NCBI GenBank assembly: GCA_964106645.2
Contig: OZ067042.1
DNA from: Podarcis pityusensis
Lineage: Eukaryota
Reading direction: 5' to 3' (one strand)
Length of the DNA: 64,000 nt
In this document: piece after piece, positions 12,909-26,622 of the stretch
Layout of the letters: each line of letters begins with the position of its first letter
Position numbering within the stretch: the first letter of the stretch is position 1
Translations under genes and position numbers: made by a program
Notes under the pieces: generated by a model
Database searches by the model: none
The model's input: only the letters and a program-made list of their open reading frames with translations
Told to the model about the DNA's origin: nothing

Positions 12909-14659
12909 TTTCTACACATTCAGATCCTAATACACAGATTTTGGTGAACAGGCTGTTCCATGGCCTAACACAGCAGTTGAGGAAGCAAGTTCCTATCGGT
13001 ATAGCAAGACAGATGGCAACAAGCACCCCCATGATGCTGGTGATTTCAGTTGACGATGTACATGAGGATGTATACCAAGAGATGCAAACACACATCTGTG
13101 TATCCGACCTGTTTGTGTGGTCCCCGGTGCGGTAAGGGAATCCATATGCAAGAGCAGGCTTTTGCCTGCAGAACTCTCTTGCTGGATTAGGGTGTCAAAG
13201 TGAGAGCTGATTTAGTGCATGCAAAATCCCCAAAACACAGTGAGGGACTGTTTACCAGCCCCTTGCCAATTTACAGAGTATCATTCAGTATTCCTTTTTA
13301 TTATTGCAGAAGTCAATTCGCAACTTGTTTCCTCTTTCCTTCCAACTTGATTAATTACCATGTTAACATAACTACTGTTCTCTTTCTTATAAATGGCCTC
13401 TCTCTAAAGTGCTGCTACTGCAAAATAAAGCAGGAAAAAGCTTCTAGTTCCTTGCTTTAGTACTGCAGCCTCACTTAATTATCCTTATTTTTCAAATTTA
13501 TGTTCTTTTCCAATAAAACTTGCATGAATATTATAGAAAATCAGATAATATAAAGGGGGTGCTTGTTGTAACTGATCCTTCGAGGTCCTGCTGTTGCTGC
13601 TCTCCCTCTGCCACTTGGCAAATGTTACATTTAAATGCACTTGTTGATCAACAAATTGAGTTCTCAAGTGTCATGTAGACTGTTTCAAAGAGATTGCATT
13701 ACTTACTGATTAATTTCTACTCCCTGGATGTTCCCCCACCCCGTGTCCAAAACCACATTAAGCATTAATCTGAAAGGAAGCCTCCCCTTGAGCAACATTT
13801 TAAGTTTATAATAACTAAGCGGTGAAAACCATTCTCCTATACTCAAAGCTGCCATTCATTTCATGGAGACTTCAGCTGAAGGCAAAGTGGGCACTTCTGG
13901 ATCCTAGGCTAAATTCTTGCTTACTTCTTTTTTTAATGCACACAATAAATAAATTGTTAAAGCAAAATAAATAGGATAAATAAGCTTTATAAATGCTCAC
14001 TCAATTATGGTATGTACTTTAGAAAGTGCGATATAGACACAGGGGAAAGAATCCTGTATGGACAAACAGTACAAACAGCAGTGCAAATGGTCAGAAATTA
14101 TGGGAGTTGTAGTTCAAATAATCTGGATGGCACCCAGTTGGAGAAGGCTGTTCTACAACAACAAGCTGTGGTCTCAGAACCAGTCTGCACATTAGTCAAT
14201 TGCACGAGGCAGGATTCAGCTAACTCATTCCTCTAGCAGAGGCCAGAACATGGACTTCTGCTGTTGCAATGGGACTTTCCTCCATTTTCACCCATTAACT
14301 CTGAAACTGGCCCTTGGGCATTGGGAAAATCCCTGAAACACCATGCAGAGGGTGGAAGAGGTTTGTTCCTTCTGGCAAGCTTGTGTTGGAAGAACCACTG
14401 TCATAGCACTACATTGACTTCCTCCCATGATAAGCTCTAGTCAATTTACCCTTGACTGCAATATATATTTTTGCCCATTGCTGTGGTCCTAATCCAGACT
14501 GGGCCCTTGCAACTGCTGCCTGCATTGGAGCAGGGAGTGAGGGGCTCTCAATAGGTTCCCTGTGTGGCTCTTTGTGAAAGAAGACTGTTACGCTCAAGGG
14601 CACACAATATGATCAAAGCAATATGTAATTTACATCTCAGGCTGAGGTTTCTTTCCGGC

Positions 14660-14753
14660 TCAGCCTATTGAGAACTTTTAACTGGAGATGCCAGGACTGA
14701 ACTTGAGATATTTTGCATGCAGAAGATGTGCTTAAGCACAGAGGCATGACCCC
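14660..14753 (-). mobile_element. tRNA-derived SINE (Squam3-like) 5' fragment
   Basis: ctggagatgccaggactgaacttgag...ttgcatgcag...gcatgacccc is the reverse complement of the tRNA-like head of the 22862 and 31435 copies. Confidence 0.6.
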
Positions 14754-15329
14754 TGGACTGTGACTTTGTGAGCGCAAGGATGATTTAGCTATGAATTGGC
14801 CATGAATAAATTTAGGGTGGAAATCCAAAGTAAGTCTTTGACTATCAGAGGGTCAAAATTCAGGAATGACCTTCTGCACAGCATTTACAAGAAGTCCTTT
14901 TCAAGGCAGGGTGGGAATGATATGTTTCAGCTGCAATCTTAACCATGTCTGCTCAGACATAAGCCCCATTGAACTCAAGGAGGCTTACTCCCATGTAAGT
15001 GGAGTTTAGGAAGGCTCTTTTCCAGGTTTATTCTGCTACTTCTGCTGAAGCCTACTGTGGGTGAGAAACATTGCTTCACTTTAGAGAATCAGAATGGTGG
15101 GTGGAGTGGATTTAGTTAAAGCTGTTTTTAGCCACTCTTCAGCAAAAGCTCTCAGAGCAGCTTACAAAATCAAATCAACAATGTATAATTTAAAGAATCA
15201 TAGAAAGAAGGGTATCATAGCAGAGCAGAATAAAATACCAGTATTAAACAACACCTACAATCAAAGCACCAGTGGCCTGGCTAACTAACCAGGACAAGGC
15301 AGTTTGAGCACATAATGCTAATCCTGGCC

Positions 15330-15618
15330 TGACTGTGCTGGCTGCCAATTAGTTTTGGGCTCCAATTCAAAGTGCTGATTTTGACCCATAAAGCTTTAAA
15401 TGGCTCAGGACCTCAATACCTCAAGGACCACCGCTTCTCATATGGACCGACCCAAACCCTGCAATCACCATCTGAGGACCTTCTTTGTGTGTCCCTTTCC
15501 AGAGAAACTCAACTGGTGCCTTTGTTATATAGTTTTAGGCGCCAGGCAAAAATATTCCCCTTCAACTAGTCCTTTGGCTGTTAGACAATCTATGGCCTTT
15601 TAAATGTGCTGGGGTGGT

Positions 15619-15661
<43 letters not shown>

Positions 15662-15710
15662 TGTGTATTTTGTGTTTTTATTTGTAAACTGCCCTGTGAT
15701 CTTTGGAGCA
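15330..15710 (+). mobile_element. L2 LINE 3' fragment with internal (TAT)n microsatellite (15620-15656)
   Basis: Decayed ORF2 end (WLPI...QFKVLILTHKALNGSGPQYLKD) and the tgtaaactgccctgtgatc 3' terminus. Confidence 0.8.
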
Positions 15711-15719
15711 TAGAAAATT

Positions 15720-16035
15720 AATTAATTAATACAACAACATACAACGAACACCAACAAAGCATCTGAAAGGTCTGGACAAATAAGAAGGGTTTCACCTGCT
15801 TCTGAAAATAAAACAAAGTTGAAACCAAGAGGCAGGGGACGATGACTGAAAAAACCCTTTGTAGTGTCACTATCAAACTTGCTTCAGAAGGAAGAAGGGC
15901 CACAGCAAATGATCTAAATGCCTGGCAGATTCATGGTAGAAAATGTAATCTCACTAGTCTCAAGCTATTTAGGACTTTCTAGGTCAGTGCCACTTGGAAT
16001 TGTGCTCAATAACAGATCAGAAGCCAGTGTAACAT
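15720..16035 (-). mobile_element. L2 LINE 3' fragment (tail-to-tail with the preceding copy)
   Basis: Minus frame gives ...FQKQVKPFLFVQTF, the typical L2 C-terminus. Also contains aagctatttaggactttctaggtc...ttggaattgtgctc...agccagtg. Confidence 0.65.
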
Positions 16036-17349
16036 TTACAATACATTAGCATTCTATTTTGAAGAGAATAGAGGCAGAAGTTTCCACTTTATGCTTAGGA
16101 ATAAGGAACTGTCTGTTTGGGACCGGCCAAGAGTTTTCCCCTCATGTCATATTTATGAGTAGCTCTGAGACATTTCTTCTCCCCGCCTTCTTTTTCTTCC
16201 CCCATTAGGGCTGTCTGACTTTCTAGTATGTGATTCTGACACAACATTGCCTAGATTGCTAGAGTTAATCTGCTAGGGTGAATGTAAGGAAACCCCAAAA
16301 CAGCAAAGTGAAGGAAGGAGAGGGGAGGCCAAGCAGACATTGAATTCCTCCCTATATTTAGGAAAGATAAGAAGATACGTTTGACACAACTTGTCTTTCT
16401 TTTGGGATTACATGCAGGTCACACTATCCAACTGCTTCCTTTGTGAAAATTCATTTATCCAAACACAAAGAATTATACCCAAACCTCGCTATATACGCGG
16501 CTTATTGAGATACCCTAACAACTGGAGTTTTTCTACTTCCTTACTTGTTTGTGCTTTGCTGGTGGACAGCAGCCATTTTCAGGCACAAACCATTGAAAAT
16601 GTGAGAAGGGAGAGAGACTGGACAAATATGAGGGCAGGAGAGACTGGACAAAACAGTTTTCCCTTTGCCTCTTTTTAGCTGGTGGGCTGCAGCCATTTTA
16701 GGAAGAAACCATGGCAGGATGGGGAGGGGGCATGTGGGGGGAGGAGAAGGAAGAGAGATCCATTGCACAAGTGGAAGTCCTTGAACTCACAGGATGACTT
16801 CATTGGCTAAAAACCTATACCAGACCTTCAGAAGGAAGTAAATACTGTAGTATGTGCAGGTCCCACTTACCAACACAATGTGTTCTCAGGAAATCATTTG
16901 TTAGGCGAATGTTTGCATAACAAGCTGATGATTTCCATTATCTCCTATGGGAACATTTCTATTTGTGGTGCAAATATTTTATAATACAATGCTGTAAATC
17001 CAATTCTTCAATCACTTCCAATATCTCTCTTTCTGTTACTGGTTTATCTAGGTTCTATTGCTCTCCCCCTTTGTTAAACATGGCACTATTTTATCTGCTA
17101 AATACTGTTCTATGTCCCCTTTTCCTGGGTCTTGTTTGTTTAAGTTGGAATAATTTTCTAAGAATTCCACTACAATTTTCCCATTTGTCATGGCCTGTCA
17201 ACGTTTCTTTTTATTGGGAAGACGTGACTGTTTTGCTGATTCTGCCTTATTTAGTACACCAATAGTTTCCTTGCTTTATTCCCTCATTCAAATGTTCTCT
17301 GTTTCAAAAACAAAGAACTCTGTTTGGTATGTTTTTGTATGTGTTTAAT

Positions 17350-17883
17350 AACTCAAGTTACTTTTTGTGTATGTTCAGCTGCCTCAGAGTTTATTACAAG
17401 GCTGTGAATGCATAGCAAAGTGTCAAGTGCAAAAGGGTTTGCTTTGGGGGCATGTGATTGTGGGTTTATATCAATTAATTGTCACATACTGCATTGTTCA
17501 TGTTACATTGATCACAGGTCATTTGCCAGAACACCCTCAGTATCCAATAAACATTACCATAAAAATAATTAGTTATGTATATTGTCACAGATGAGTTTTA
17601 AAATTCATACTTTTAGAGAAAGCAATAATCCAAGTTACAGGTAAATTTTCAGGTTGCAAAGCAGTTACTTTTTCCATATCTTTTCAAGAACAATAAAGAG
17701 AATGCATTTAAAATACATGTGGCATGGCTACTTTTGTAGGGAAGATCAAGCCAGTTACCACACAAGCTAATAAAATATTAGCTAAAACACAAAATATTAT
17801 GTAAAGAAGTTTACAAATGCTATGTTGGTCACTACAGAATAACTTGGGAGCCAGTTACTTAGTTACTTCCCAATTAGTCCCTG
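17350..17883. mobile_element. DNA transposon end with repeated AGTTAC subterminal motifs (hAT-like)
   Basis: AGTTAC recurs at about 17356, 17633, 17663, 17753, 17853 and 17861. It ends in ...ttcccaattagtccctg, a CAGGG-type terminus on the reverse strand. Confidence 0.5.
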
Positions 17884-18835
17884 GGTGATATAAACCAAAA
17901 CAGTTAGCGTTAGCGAATGTTAGTTTTCCTTTTTAGCCCCGTGAAAAAAAATAAAAATAAAGGAGAAGGTGTTTCATCTTCAAATTTTCCTCCACCCCCC
18001 CATCTGATTGAGTAGGTTAGTAATGGAGGTGTTAGTCACCACACCTTTACTACGATGAGTCTTCTAAGACTCTTTTTCCTGTGATCTTGGATATGTTATT
18101 TTCAAGACTAATTCTTGGGTCAGTTAATTAGATGAAGTCGATAGTTATTCTTAGTAAGCTGAAGTAAGACAGAGTGAGTTTGTAAAGTGAAAAAGGTTAG
18201 TTGCTTAAGCTTATGATAGTAAAACCAGTAGAAGTTTAGAAAATACCAGATCTTGTTGTTTTCTTTTGCACGTCCTGCTTTTGGAGCATGCATCAATCCT
18301 CAACAATACACTGTTCTACAACTGAATGAGTCTGCGGTAGAAATTGATGAATCTGATGAACATATCACCACTTCTCTGCCCTCTAATTTCACATTCGTCC
18401 TCACTAAGTTATTCACGACCAGCTCTTCACAAGCACTTTCTCTTTGCGCTTTCTCAGAGTGCACATTCAGCGAACGCATTCTGGGTGGCTGCCAAGACTC
18501 TGCGCTTGGTGTGCCCTCAGAGTTTTAAAGCGGATAGCCCCTATCAGGACCCTTCCCTCTGCCAGCCACATCCAGTTTGCCTCTGCAGCTAGGCCATCCC
18601 TGCAGGAGGATAGTGGAGCTGTATCTAACACAACAACTGTTCTTGCAGCAATGCCCACACCCCACACAGAATTCACCGGGAGTTTTAAAATATACTCCAA
18701 AGAAACTGGCAAAGCCAGAGCAGTAAGAAACAATCTCTGTTGTGTATTCAGCTCCTGGGTTTTTATAGTTCACTTTAGCTTAAGGTCCTGAAAGGCAGAA
18801 GGGAAAGGGATGCAACATTCCAACAAAATCTATCT

Positions 18836-18971
18836 TAGGCTTCCTCAGCCTCGGCCCTCCAGCTGTTTTGGGACTACAACTCCCATGATCCCTAGCTAGC
18901 AGGACCAGTGGTCAGGGATGATGGGACTTGTAGTCTCAAAACATCTGGAGGGCCGAGGTTGAGGAAGCCTG
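18836..18971. mobile_element. Intact hairpin hAT MITE (136 bp)
   Basis: Perfect 8-bp TSD ATCTATCT (18828-18835 and 18972-18979). Near-perfect inverted arms aggcttcctcagcctcggccctccagctgttttgggactacaactcccat / atgggacttgtagtctcaaaacatctggagggccgaggttgaggaagcct. Confidence 0.9.
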
Positions 18972-21174
18972 ATCTATCTGATGGTGCAAAAGGCTGCAAG
19001 TGATCAGTAGATCAATGGCTCGTTCATCAGCAACATCTGTGGCATGATTTGTGGGACTGTTGCAATTTATTCTTCCTATGCCAAACTGGCAGAAACTGGA
19101 CTTCTTTGTTGCAAACCTCAGATGGGACATGTGTCCAGGTTGTTTCCTTTAATACTTGAAGTGAACAAGTGTTCCTGAGTATACAAAATGTTCCACCATT
19201 AGAAACGAAATGCTTGAACATAATCAATGGTTTGCAAGTCATATGTTAAGTGATTAATAGTGCTGTCTCAGCAAATGCAATCATTACATTTTTAATTAAC
19301 CTCTTCAACCTCCTTCACCTTCTACTTTAGTTATACATTAGCTCTTTGCAGTTTTGCAGTTGTTTGCATTTGATTAGGTTAAAACAATCAAATGAAAAAT
19401 TATCCCTCCAATTTGTAAAATAACCCTTGCTACTTACAAATTAGAAGGTATTGTACATGTTTCTGAAGAAAGTACTGTTATAAATCAGATCTAGGACACA
19501 TATTTTGAACTCTGTGGCTTTGTTCCCACCTAATTTTTGTTTTGGCAGCTTACTGCTAGTTAATGGCTCTGGCTACCAGTAAGCTGGCTTTTCAAAAATT
19601 TCTCTCTCAACCTAATTATAATTACACCATATAAATCATACAATGATCAATTATACAAATCTGAGGTTCATGCATTATTTAACCTAGCATTTGAATGTAC
19701 CCAGCAGGACAGGAAATTCCAAAGCTTCTCAGCTTGCAAGTGCTTCATGGACACGGTAGTAGTGCCAAGGATGAAAATATTTAGGGCCAAGCTTGACCTG
19801 AGTAAGGACAGGAAAAACTGAAATGACTCCATAAAAACTGAACACGGTCCACAACATTTCATCATTCACATAATGTGCTTAGTAGGTAAAGCATTTTGAT
19901 TCTGCTTTCACGACCTGTGATTATTCAGTAATACTCTGCAGTACTACAAGAAAAAGTTGACTTGGGTTATTCCGAAAAGGGGTTGTATGAAGAAACGAAC
20001 CAGCATCTAGGTATTTGATATAGATTTTCCTGCAATCTTTGACATATTCAGAAAAGCATTCATTTCAAAGATAATCTAAAAACAGAGAAAACTACAGGAA
20101 AAGGTTGACAAGAGAGCTGTGTACAAATGGCCTCTTGGAATTCTTCAGCCTAAAACATGGGAGAGAAGCTGAGGGGACCATTTCAGCAAATTCTCAAGAG
20201 GGAGGAGAAATTCTTCAAACAGTTCCTCAGAGGTGGGCCTCACCATTAGCACTGGCACTAGGGAAACGTCTTCATTTTTGCCTCAAGGGCAGTGTTGTTT
20301 TTATTTTTCTACCCTGGACACAGGGATGGGAGAATCTCATGAAAATTCACCCTGCTTGTTCCTTGGCTTGGCAAAGTGAGCTGGCATCAAGAGTAAGGAG
20401 AAGCAGAAGCAGACTCAAGGGGTCTGGGGAATTGGCAGTGGGCCTTTCCAATGTAGTGGGATGTGGGATGTGGGACTTGGCAGATGCCCAGCAATGCTGA
20501 TCCCTGACAGTGACCCCAAGAAGCACATTGGCAGCCCCTGAGCATATCCCCCAAGGTGTCTACAGTGCGACTAGCAACTCCTGCATATTACATAGGAGGG
20601 TCAAGCCCTGAGCAAATAATTACCTGCTTGCTGTGTCTGCACAAGGAGATTGAGCCACCCCTAGTCAACACAGTGACACAAAGTCTGTATAAGATTTAAA
20701 AATGATCTGTCCCAAGCATCATCAAGATAGATGGGGCAGATGCTGCAACAGGCAGAGAGGTAGGGTGATGTCTGACATGACTAGAGCTGTCAAAGTGAAA
20801 CAAGCACGGGACAGAAATAGCAGCAGGTACTACAGCAGCTGCTGAAGGAACCAGATCCTTCATTTCCCTCCTGATAACTGAAAGAAACTGTTTTTGGGGG
20901 TGGGAGTAGGCAGAGAGAAGTTTATTTCCTGCAGTATAAGTTGCAAACAGCAACTGGCTGTTCTGTACTCAAGCTGGTGTGCGCTACTGCAAATCTACTA
21001 CATCTTATTAAAGCAACATATGCAAATATGTGTGTTATATATCTTTTTGTTGTAAGAATCATAGTGATACATTCCATTTTATCTGATTGTGTTAACAATG
21101 GAATTTACTTTTGATGTTGCTTGTGGCATGTCTTTAGCCACTTCAAGCATTTCCACTGGAAAGAAAGTATAAAT

Positions 21175-21664
21175 CAGGGGTGGAAAACCTCTAGCCTGTG
21201 CCCAAAATCTGGCCCAGCATGGGCTCCAATCTGGCCTGTGAGACCATTTCCCCCAAACCACACCCACATGCCCCACACTTGAAGTCATGCGTGACGTCAG
21301 GTGTGAGGCAGGTAGAGCTGTGACTGTGGGACTGAGTTCCCCAGGGGAAACTTAGTTGTGCAGGCAATACTTGCAGAAGTAGGAAGTCATGCTTCCTGGA
21401 TCAGCTGCACAGCCATGTTCCCTGTGGAGATCTCAATTGCACAGCTGATCCCTGCAGAAAGCAGCATTGCCAGCCCTGCACTCAGTGCCTGGGAAAATAA
21501 GTAGGTAAAGTAGTGTGATCACTCCACTCAGACCAGCATCAGCAGCTGGAATTGCCCTCCCATCCATTTCTCTTCCTCAGCAGATGCTTATTTTTGCCCT
21601 ATTTGAATGTATTAATGTGTTTTGTAAATTGGTTTCTCTTCAGCTCGCTGTTCCCCACCCAATG
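21175..21664. mobile_element. Non-autonomous hAT-like element
   Basis: caggggtggaaaacc start and gttccccacccaatg end. No clear TSD. Confidence 0.5.
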
Positions 21665-22861
21665 CTTTGTATTTTGTTAAAAGGTGGACTTTTGCTATAA
21701 GCTGCTTTGGGCACAGCTCATTTTGGGAAGTCAGCATATAAATAAACTAAAATCAATCCAACACCAACTTTCTCCCCCATCAAAATCATTAACTCCATAA
21801 ATTAATTACTTCTCCCCTTTAAAAAAAAGTAGTAATAGTGAGGCATGGATAGGTGCAAACCTATTATCATTTAAAAAGAAGGTAGCCACAGCTCTGTAAA
21901 TGAGTCACTTGAGTCATGTACCAATGAAACACAATCTTAAAAATAATGAAAAACAGAAACAAAAAACAGCATCCTTAATATCTGGCAAGTTCAGAAACAA
22001 TACCACTGGAGACATTCTTTTAAAAAAGCAGCAGTTTGAATCCTAAGGTAAGTTCATGCAAGTAAAGTTTCTCACCCACTCTCTCTCCTGCAGCCTCAGA
22101 AAGCTTTTTCAAGTCTGCTCCTGACCAACATTTCAATTAAGAACACATCTTTCCACTTAATGTCTGGTATCAAATTTGTATATGGTTCTTATTTTATGGT
22201 TTTATGTTCTATTGTTCTGTAAATAAACATAGGATGTGTCACATGGGACTGCTGGGGGCCGTAGAGATGAGAAGCTTCCTTCTGTGAACATCCTTGTCAT
22301 AAGATTCAAGATTTTGGGTGCCCTTTGCTGGTAACCTTCCAATCCCCATTCCACATTGCTGAGGGGCCACAACCATCCCAAGAGCGGCAGGAAAGATGAA
22401 GAAATGATAATGTTTTTCTTCTGTGTAGTAAAGCTCTTATAACCCAAGCCATCATTGTTACCATGGAGCAATTTTTCAACTTAAGACTCTGCCCCGTAGT
22501 AATATTTCATTCAGGTAGAATATATATTATTGAAGTGCCAGAAGTCATTTTCTTTTGTTGCATTCTTGTCTAAACTATATAGCCAAAACAAGTGTGTGCT
22601 CCTTTCACATTGTGACATTTTTTCTTTACTGATTCAAGAAGCACAGTTGGCACATGATGAGCGTTCCCATTGTTCTTTCCTTAAATGTACAAGCTTTTTT
22701 GATAGGCCACTTAAATTATCAACAGGTGCTCATTTTGTGGGAACCAATAAAACTGCAGCACAACATGTCATAGATTGAGAAGACAGGAGTGTTTGTGCTT
22801 AGACCAGAGATGGTGAAATCTGTCTATTCTAAGCATGACAGGCTGAGCAATAGTGAAGTGT

Positions 22862-23055
22862 GAGGGGTGTAGCTCTAAGGGAGAACATCTGCTTTGCATG
22901 CAGAAGGCACTATGTTAAATCCCTGGCATCTCCTGCTAGGGCTGGGTGAGACTCCCTGCCAACACTCTGGTGAGCTGCTGTCAATCAGTGTAGACAAGAC
23001 TGAGCTAGATGGAACAATGGTCTGACTTGGGAAAATGGCAGCTTCCTATGTTCCT
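22862..23055 (+). mobile_element. Squam3-like tRNA-derived SINE
   Basis: tRNA-like head (gtagctc...catctgctttgcatgcagaagg...aatccctggcatctcc), body cagtgtagacaagactgagctagatgg, tail cttcctatgttcct. Confidence 0.85.
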
Positions 23056-25333
23056 GTGCAGTATAGCCACTGCTACTTCTGCAGCCCCTTGCTCATGCCA
23101 GCTGGGGCAGGGGACAGGCAAAATTTTGTCCAGGATATACCCAAGTGATCGGGCCCAGATCAGGCCTGATACTGTCAAGTGACAACAATGGGGCTGTCTT
23201 AGGATCCAGTCGATCTCAGGCTAACTGAACAGTTCCCTGTCCCTGCAACGTCTAGTCTGGGAGTCTTCCATGGGTTCCCACTGGCAGGAAGCCCACTAAT
23301 GGCCAGAGTAGGAAGCTGGTGGAGTTGTTCTGGGCAGAGAGAGACCTCCACCCCATCCACCCTCACCTCACAGTACAGCAGATCAGGGGTTTGGACTGCA
23401 CCCTGAGCCTGGATTCAATCCCTCAGATTTGAAAAGATAACCAGAAACTACCTTGTCTGCTAGAACAACAGGCCTGCATTTGCCTTTCCTCCTCTCCATT
23501 CACACAATATATCAGAAGCATTTTAATAAGCAATATTAATACTATAGAAGACTGACATGTCATTGACCTAGGGCCAGCAGGATATGAGGAAAAGAGAAGT
23601 GAGCAGTTATTTCTCCCCTTCAAAGATTTCTTCCTGGTTTTTTTTAGCAGTAAGATTAATAGCACATGAGATGTACGTTTTCCTATTAACAGAATGCTTT
23701 TGACAGTAAAGGGCCATCGTTAAAATGATGTTTTTCAAATGCATCATGTCAGAGTCTCTACACATTGCCTTTTGAAACTCGGCTGCCTTTGTATTTGTTT
23801 GCTCAGAATGCAACAGTGGACAGGGTTTTGGCAACATATGTTCTGTTCACATTTGCAGCTGGGAAGGAAAGAGTACAAAAACCACTTTTCCACAGGGGGA
23901 CTCCAATTATACTGCAATCTACGTTGCTCAAAAAATATTCCCCTCTTCCCACTTTGACACTGCAGTGCTAAACCAGATGTATGCGCAATGTCCCTGAAAT
24001 AGCCAGAAATGCTCAAGGTTGTCACACACCACACCACCTGCATAGGACCACCACCACCACCCCTGCCGAGTTACTCCTGCCTGTATTGTACGCTGGTGAG
24101 GCTCTCAACTGCATGCTGAAGACCCATTGGCCAAGACTAGTTGGGGTTGGATGTGCATCTGAAGCCTATGCAAACCTCTGTGCAAACCCATCTTGTGCAA
24201 AAGAAATACAGTATCAAAGATGCAGTTGCCTGTAGTCCATTTGTACAAAGGCCCTCAAAAGACATGGCATGATTAAGAATACTATTAAATGCAGCAGAGA
24301 CTTTAAACAATATGAATAATGATCACCTACTAAAGCAAAACACAGTGAAGAGAAAAGGTATCCAGAGTAGATTAGTGGGTCAGTAAATATATAGAGCATA
24401 GAAGTCCCACATATTTGACATTTGGAGAACAAAGTGATCCATCAATGTCCCAGGAACTGATCGATCAAACAGAATACTGCTACTGAAACCTAATAGTATG
24501 ATAGTAATAATGTAGCCATAAAGCCTCTAGTCTATAATTGACTGCTTCCACTTCAAGCTAGCATGTCTAAAACAGTGACTAATGTTCACCTAAATATTTC
24601 ACTTGCAGTGGACAACAATCAGTTACACCTCGCACTATTCTCAGCAGATTGCTTGTATATGATAATGGACTGTGTGGACAGAAGACAGAGGGCGGAAAAT
24701 CTATTTAAACACGGAAGCTCAAGCGGAGCACAGTATAGAACTCGAGAATGTATTGGATGGGGGGTGGGAGAGGGGGAGAGAAAGAGAAAGCGTGTAGCCT
24801 GACTGTAAATTATAACAAAAAAATGAGGTATCACACAATGGATATCCTAAGTATGATTACATCAAACTTTAAGAGCTTTGTAAGAAGCTTAAGAGCACAG
24901 TCAAAAGAGAGAACAGCCCAAATTTATTTTTCTGACTGGACACAGAAATAAAGGCACAAGACACATGAAATGAAATGGGTTTTACTAGGGCCACATTTTA
25001 TTAACAACATGAGTAGTGAAAATAAGACGTGCAGGACCAAACCTAAACATCAGCCTTTGTAAGAATAAATGCCTACCAATAACAATGAGGCTGACAGGTT
25101 GAAAAGCACTGATAAAGAGGATGGGGAAGCAGTGTGTGGGGTGTGGCTGTGGTGTATTTGTGTGATTGGCATCTGCCTGTCTCGAGAGACAATGGGAAGC
25201 TTCTCCAAGAGTGAAGTCAAACTGCTGCATTAGCAGCACCAAAGTGACCTCTGCAGGGTGCAAGCCAGGGCAGTGTTCATACATATGTACATGTATATAC
25301 ACAATTACCACGGCTCCATTAGAGACTTTACAG

Positions 25334-25717
25334 CAGGAATGGGAAATGTCTTGCTTGGGGGCCAAATATGGCCCTCCAGGCCTCACCGTCTGACCCTGAG
25401 GATTTGCCCCAGCCATATGCCGTCCCCAGTCATACCCTTCTTCCCAGGACACGCCCCTCATCAAACTTGCTTCACACCCTTGCGTGTTTGTACCTTGAAT
25501 TCTGATCTTGCTTCTTGCTTGCCTTGATGCAAGGGAGAGAAGGATATGTGAATGTGTGTAAATATAGCCTACTCTTGCAAGGGCAAAAGTTTAATTCTTT
25601 TCTTTGCCTTCTTTTGCCTCTTGGCCATGCCCTTCACTGGCATGTGACACACAAACCCCGGATGATTGTCCATAATGGAATGCAACCTTTGGGCTGCAGA
25701 AAGCTTTCCCGTCCCTG
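25334..25717. mobile_element. Non-autonomous hAT-like element
   Basis: caggaatgggaaa / tttcccgtccctg inverted ends with a subterminal ggccaaatatggccc motif. Confidence 0.55.
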
Positions 25718-26622
25718 GTGTGAAAGATTCAAACAGTGGCCAGGGCAAGAGTATGAGACCACCCCTCCAAATCTTATGGAGGCACTGTCCTCATATTGCT
25801 GGCGAATGTTGTCAGCAGCATGCTAATGTGCGCCCAGAGGCCGCCCTGAACTCACACTTCACTTTAGTCTGGATAAGGGTAGCGGTTCTCAGAGTAGATG
25901 TTCTCCCTTGGTATCATGCTTAGTTTTGGGACTTCAAAGACTGCAAGACCTCTTGCTGCTTTCCAGGACTTATTCCTGCTCTCCAAGTAACCCCCCAAAG
26001 CAAAGCATGGCATCAGGGGAGCCCCTGCCCTTCTCCAAGCTCAAGAAAATGGCAGAGAGCCTGTCTCTCAAACATTACAGTGAAATTTCATCAAAGAGAA
26101 TTGTGTACCCCATAGCAGGATGGTGACTGCATTTGTGGATCCTTCCTGAGGCTCTAATAAAATTAACATTCAGTATCTGGGAAGCCAAACCCAGATTATA
26201 AATCAGATGAACCTATGAAGACAGCCGGATTTGTACTAGGATAGAAAAGCTCACTTTGACTTTGGCAATTGTTGGAGCAACTCTGGAGCCTTTTCTGCTC
26301 CTGAAGATGATGTTTCAGCTTACTCTGAGACCTGGTCTCTCTCCAGCTGTTTGGTACTGGCTTTCCCACACATGTCCAAATGCTGGACTGCACTGCTGGT
26401 GGTATTTTAACTTTATTCGCTCTCAAAAGAGGATCTTGTCTTAAGCTAGCATACCTTAAGTGTTCAAAACAGAAAGGGACAATTGTCTGCCGGCGACCTC
26501 TAAGGGATGAATTTGACCAAGGTTTAAAATCTGATGTGTGTTGCTCTTCTGCCCTTCTCGCAAGACCTGCCATTTTAGGCTTCACAAACAGGAAAGAAGC
26601 CATTGCCATTTAAATGCATTAC

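Noticed and set aside
18318-18405. Minus-frame peptide ...GDMFIRFINFYRRLIQL resembles the Gypsy pol 'FLGFxNFYRRFI' motif
   Set aside because: The flanking residues do not match RT or RNase H, stops flank it closely, and there are no LTRs or other pol motifs. Likely chance.
21292-21299. Perfect CRE palindrome TGACGTCA
   Set aside because: A single 8-mer inside a hAT-like repeat, with no supporting context.
24985-25464. Longest ORF in the track (159 aa, minus)
   Set aside because: It begins inside a hAT-like repeat and has no domain similarity.
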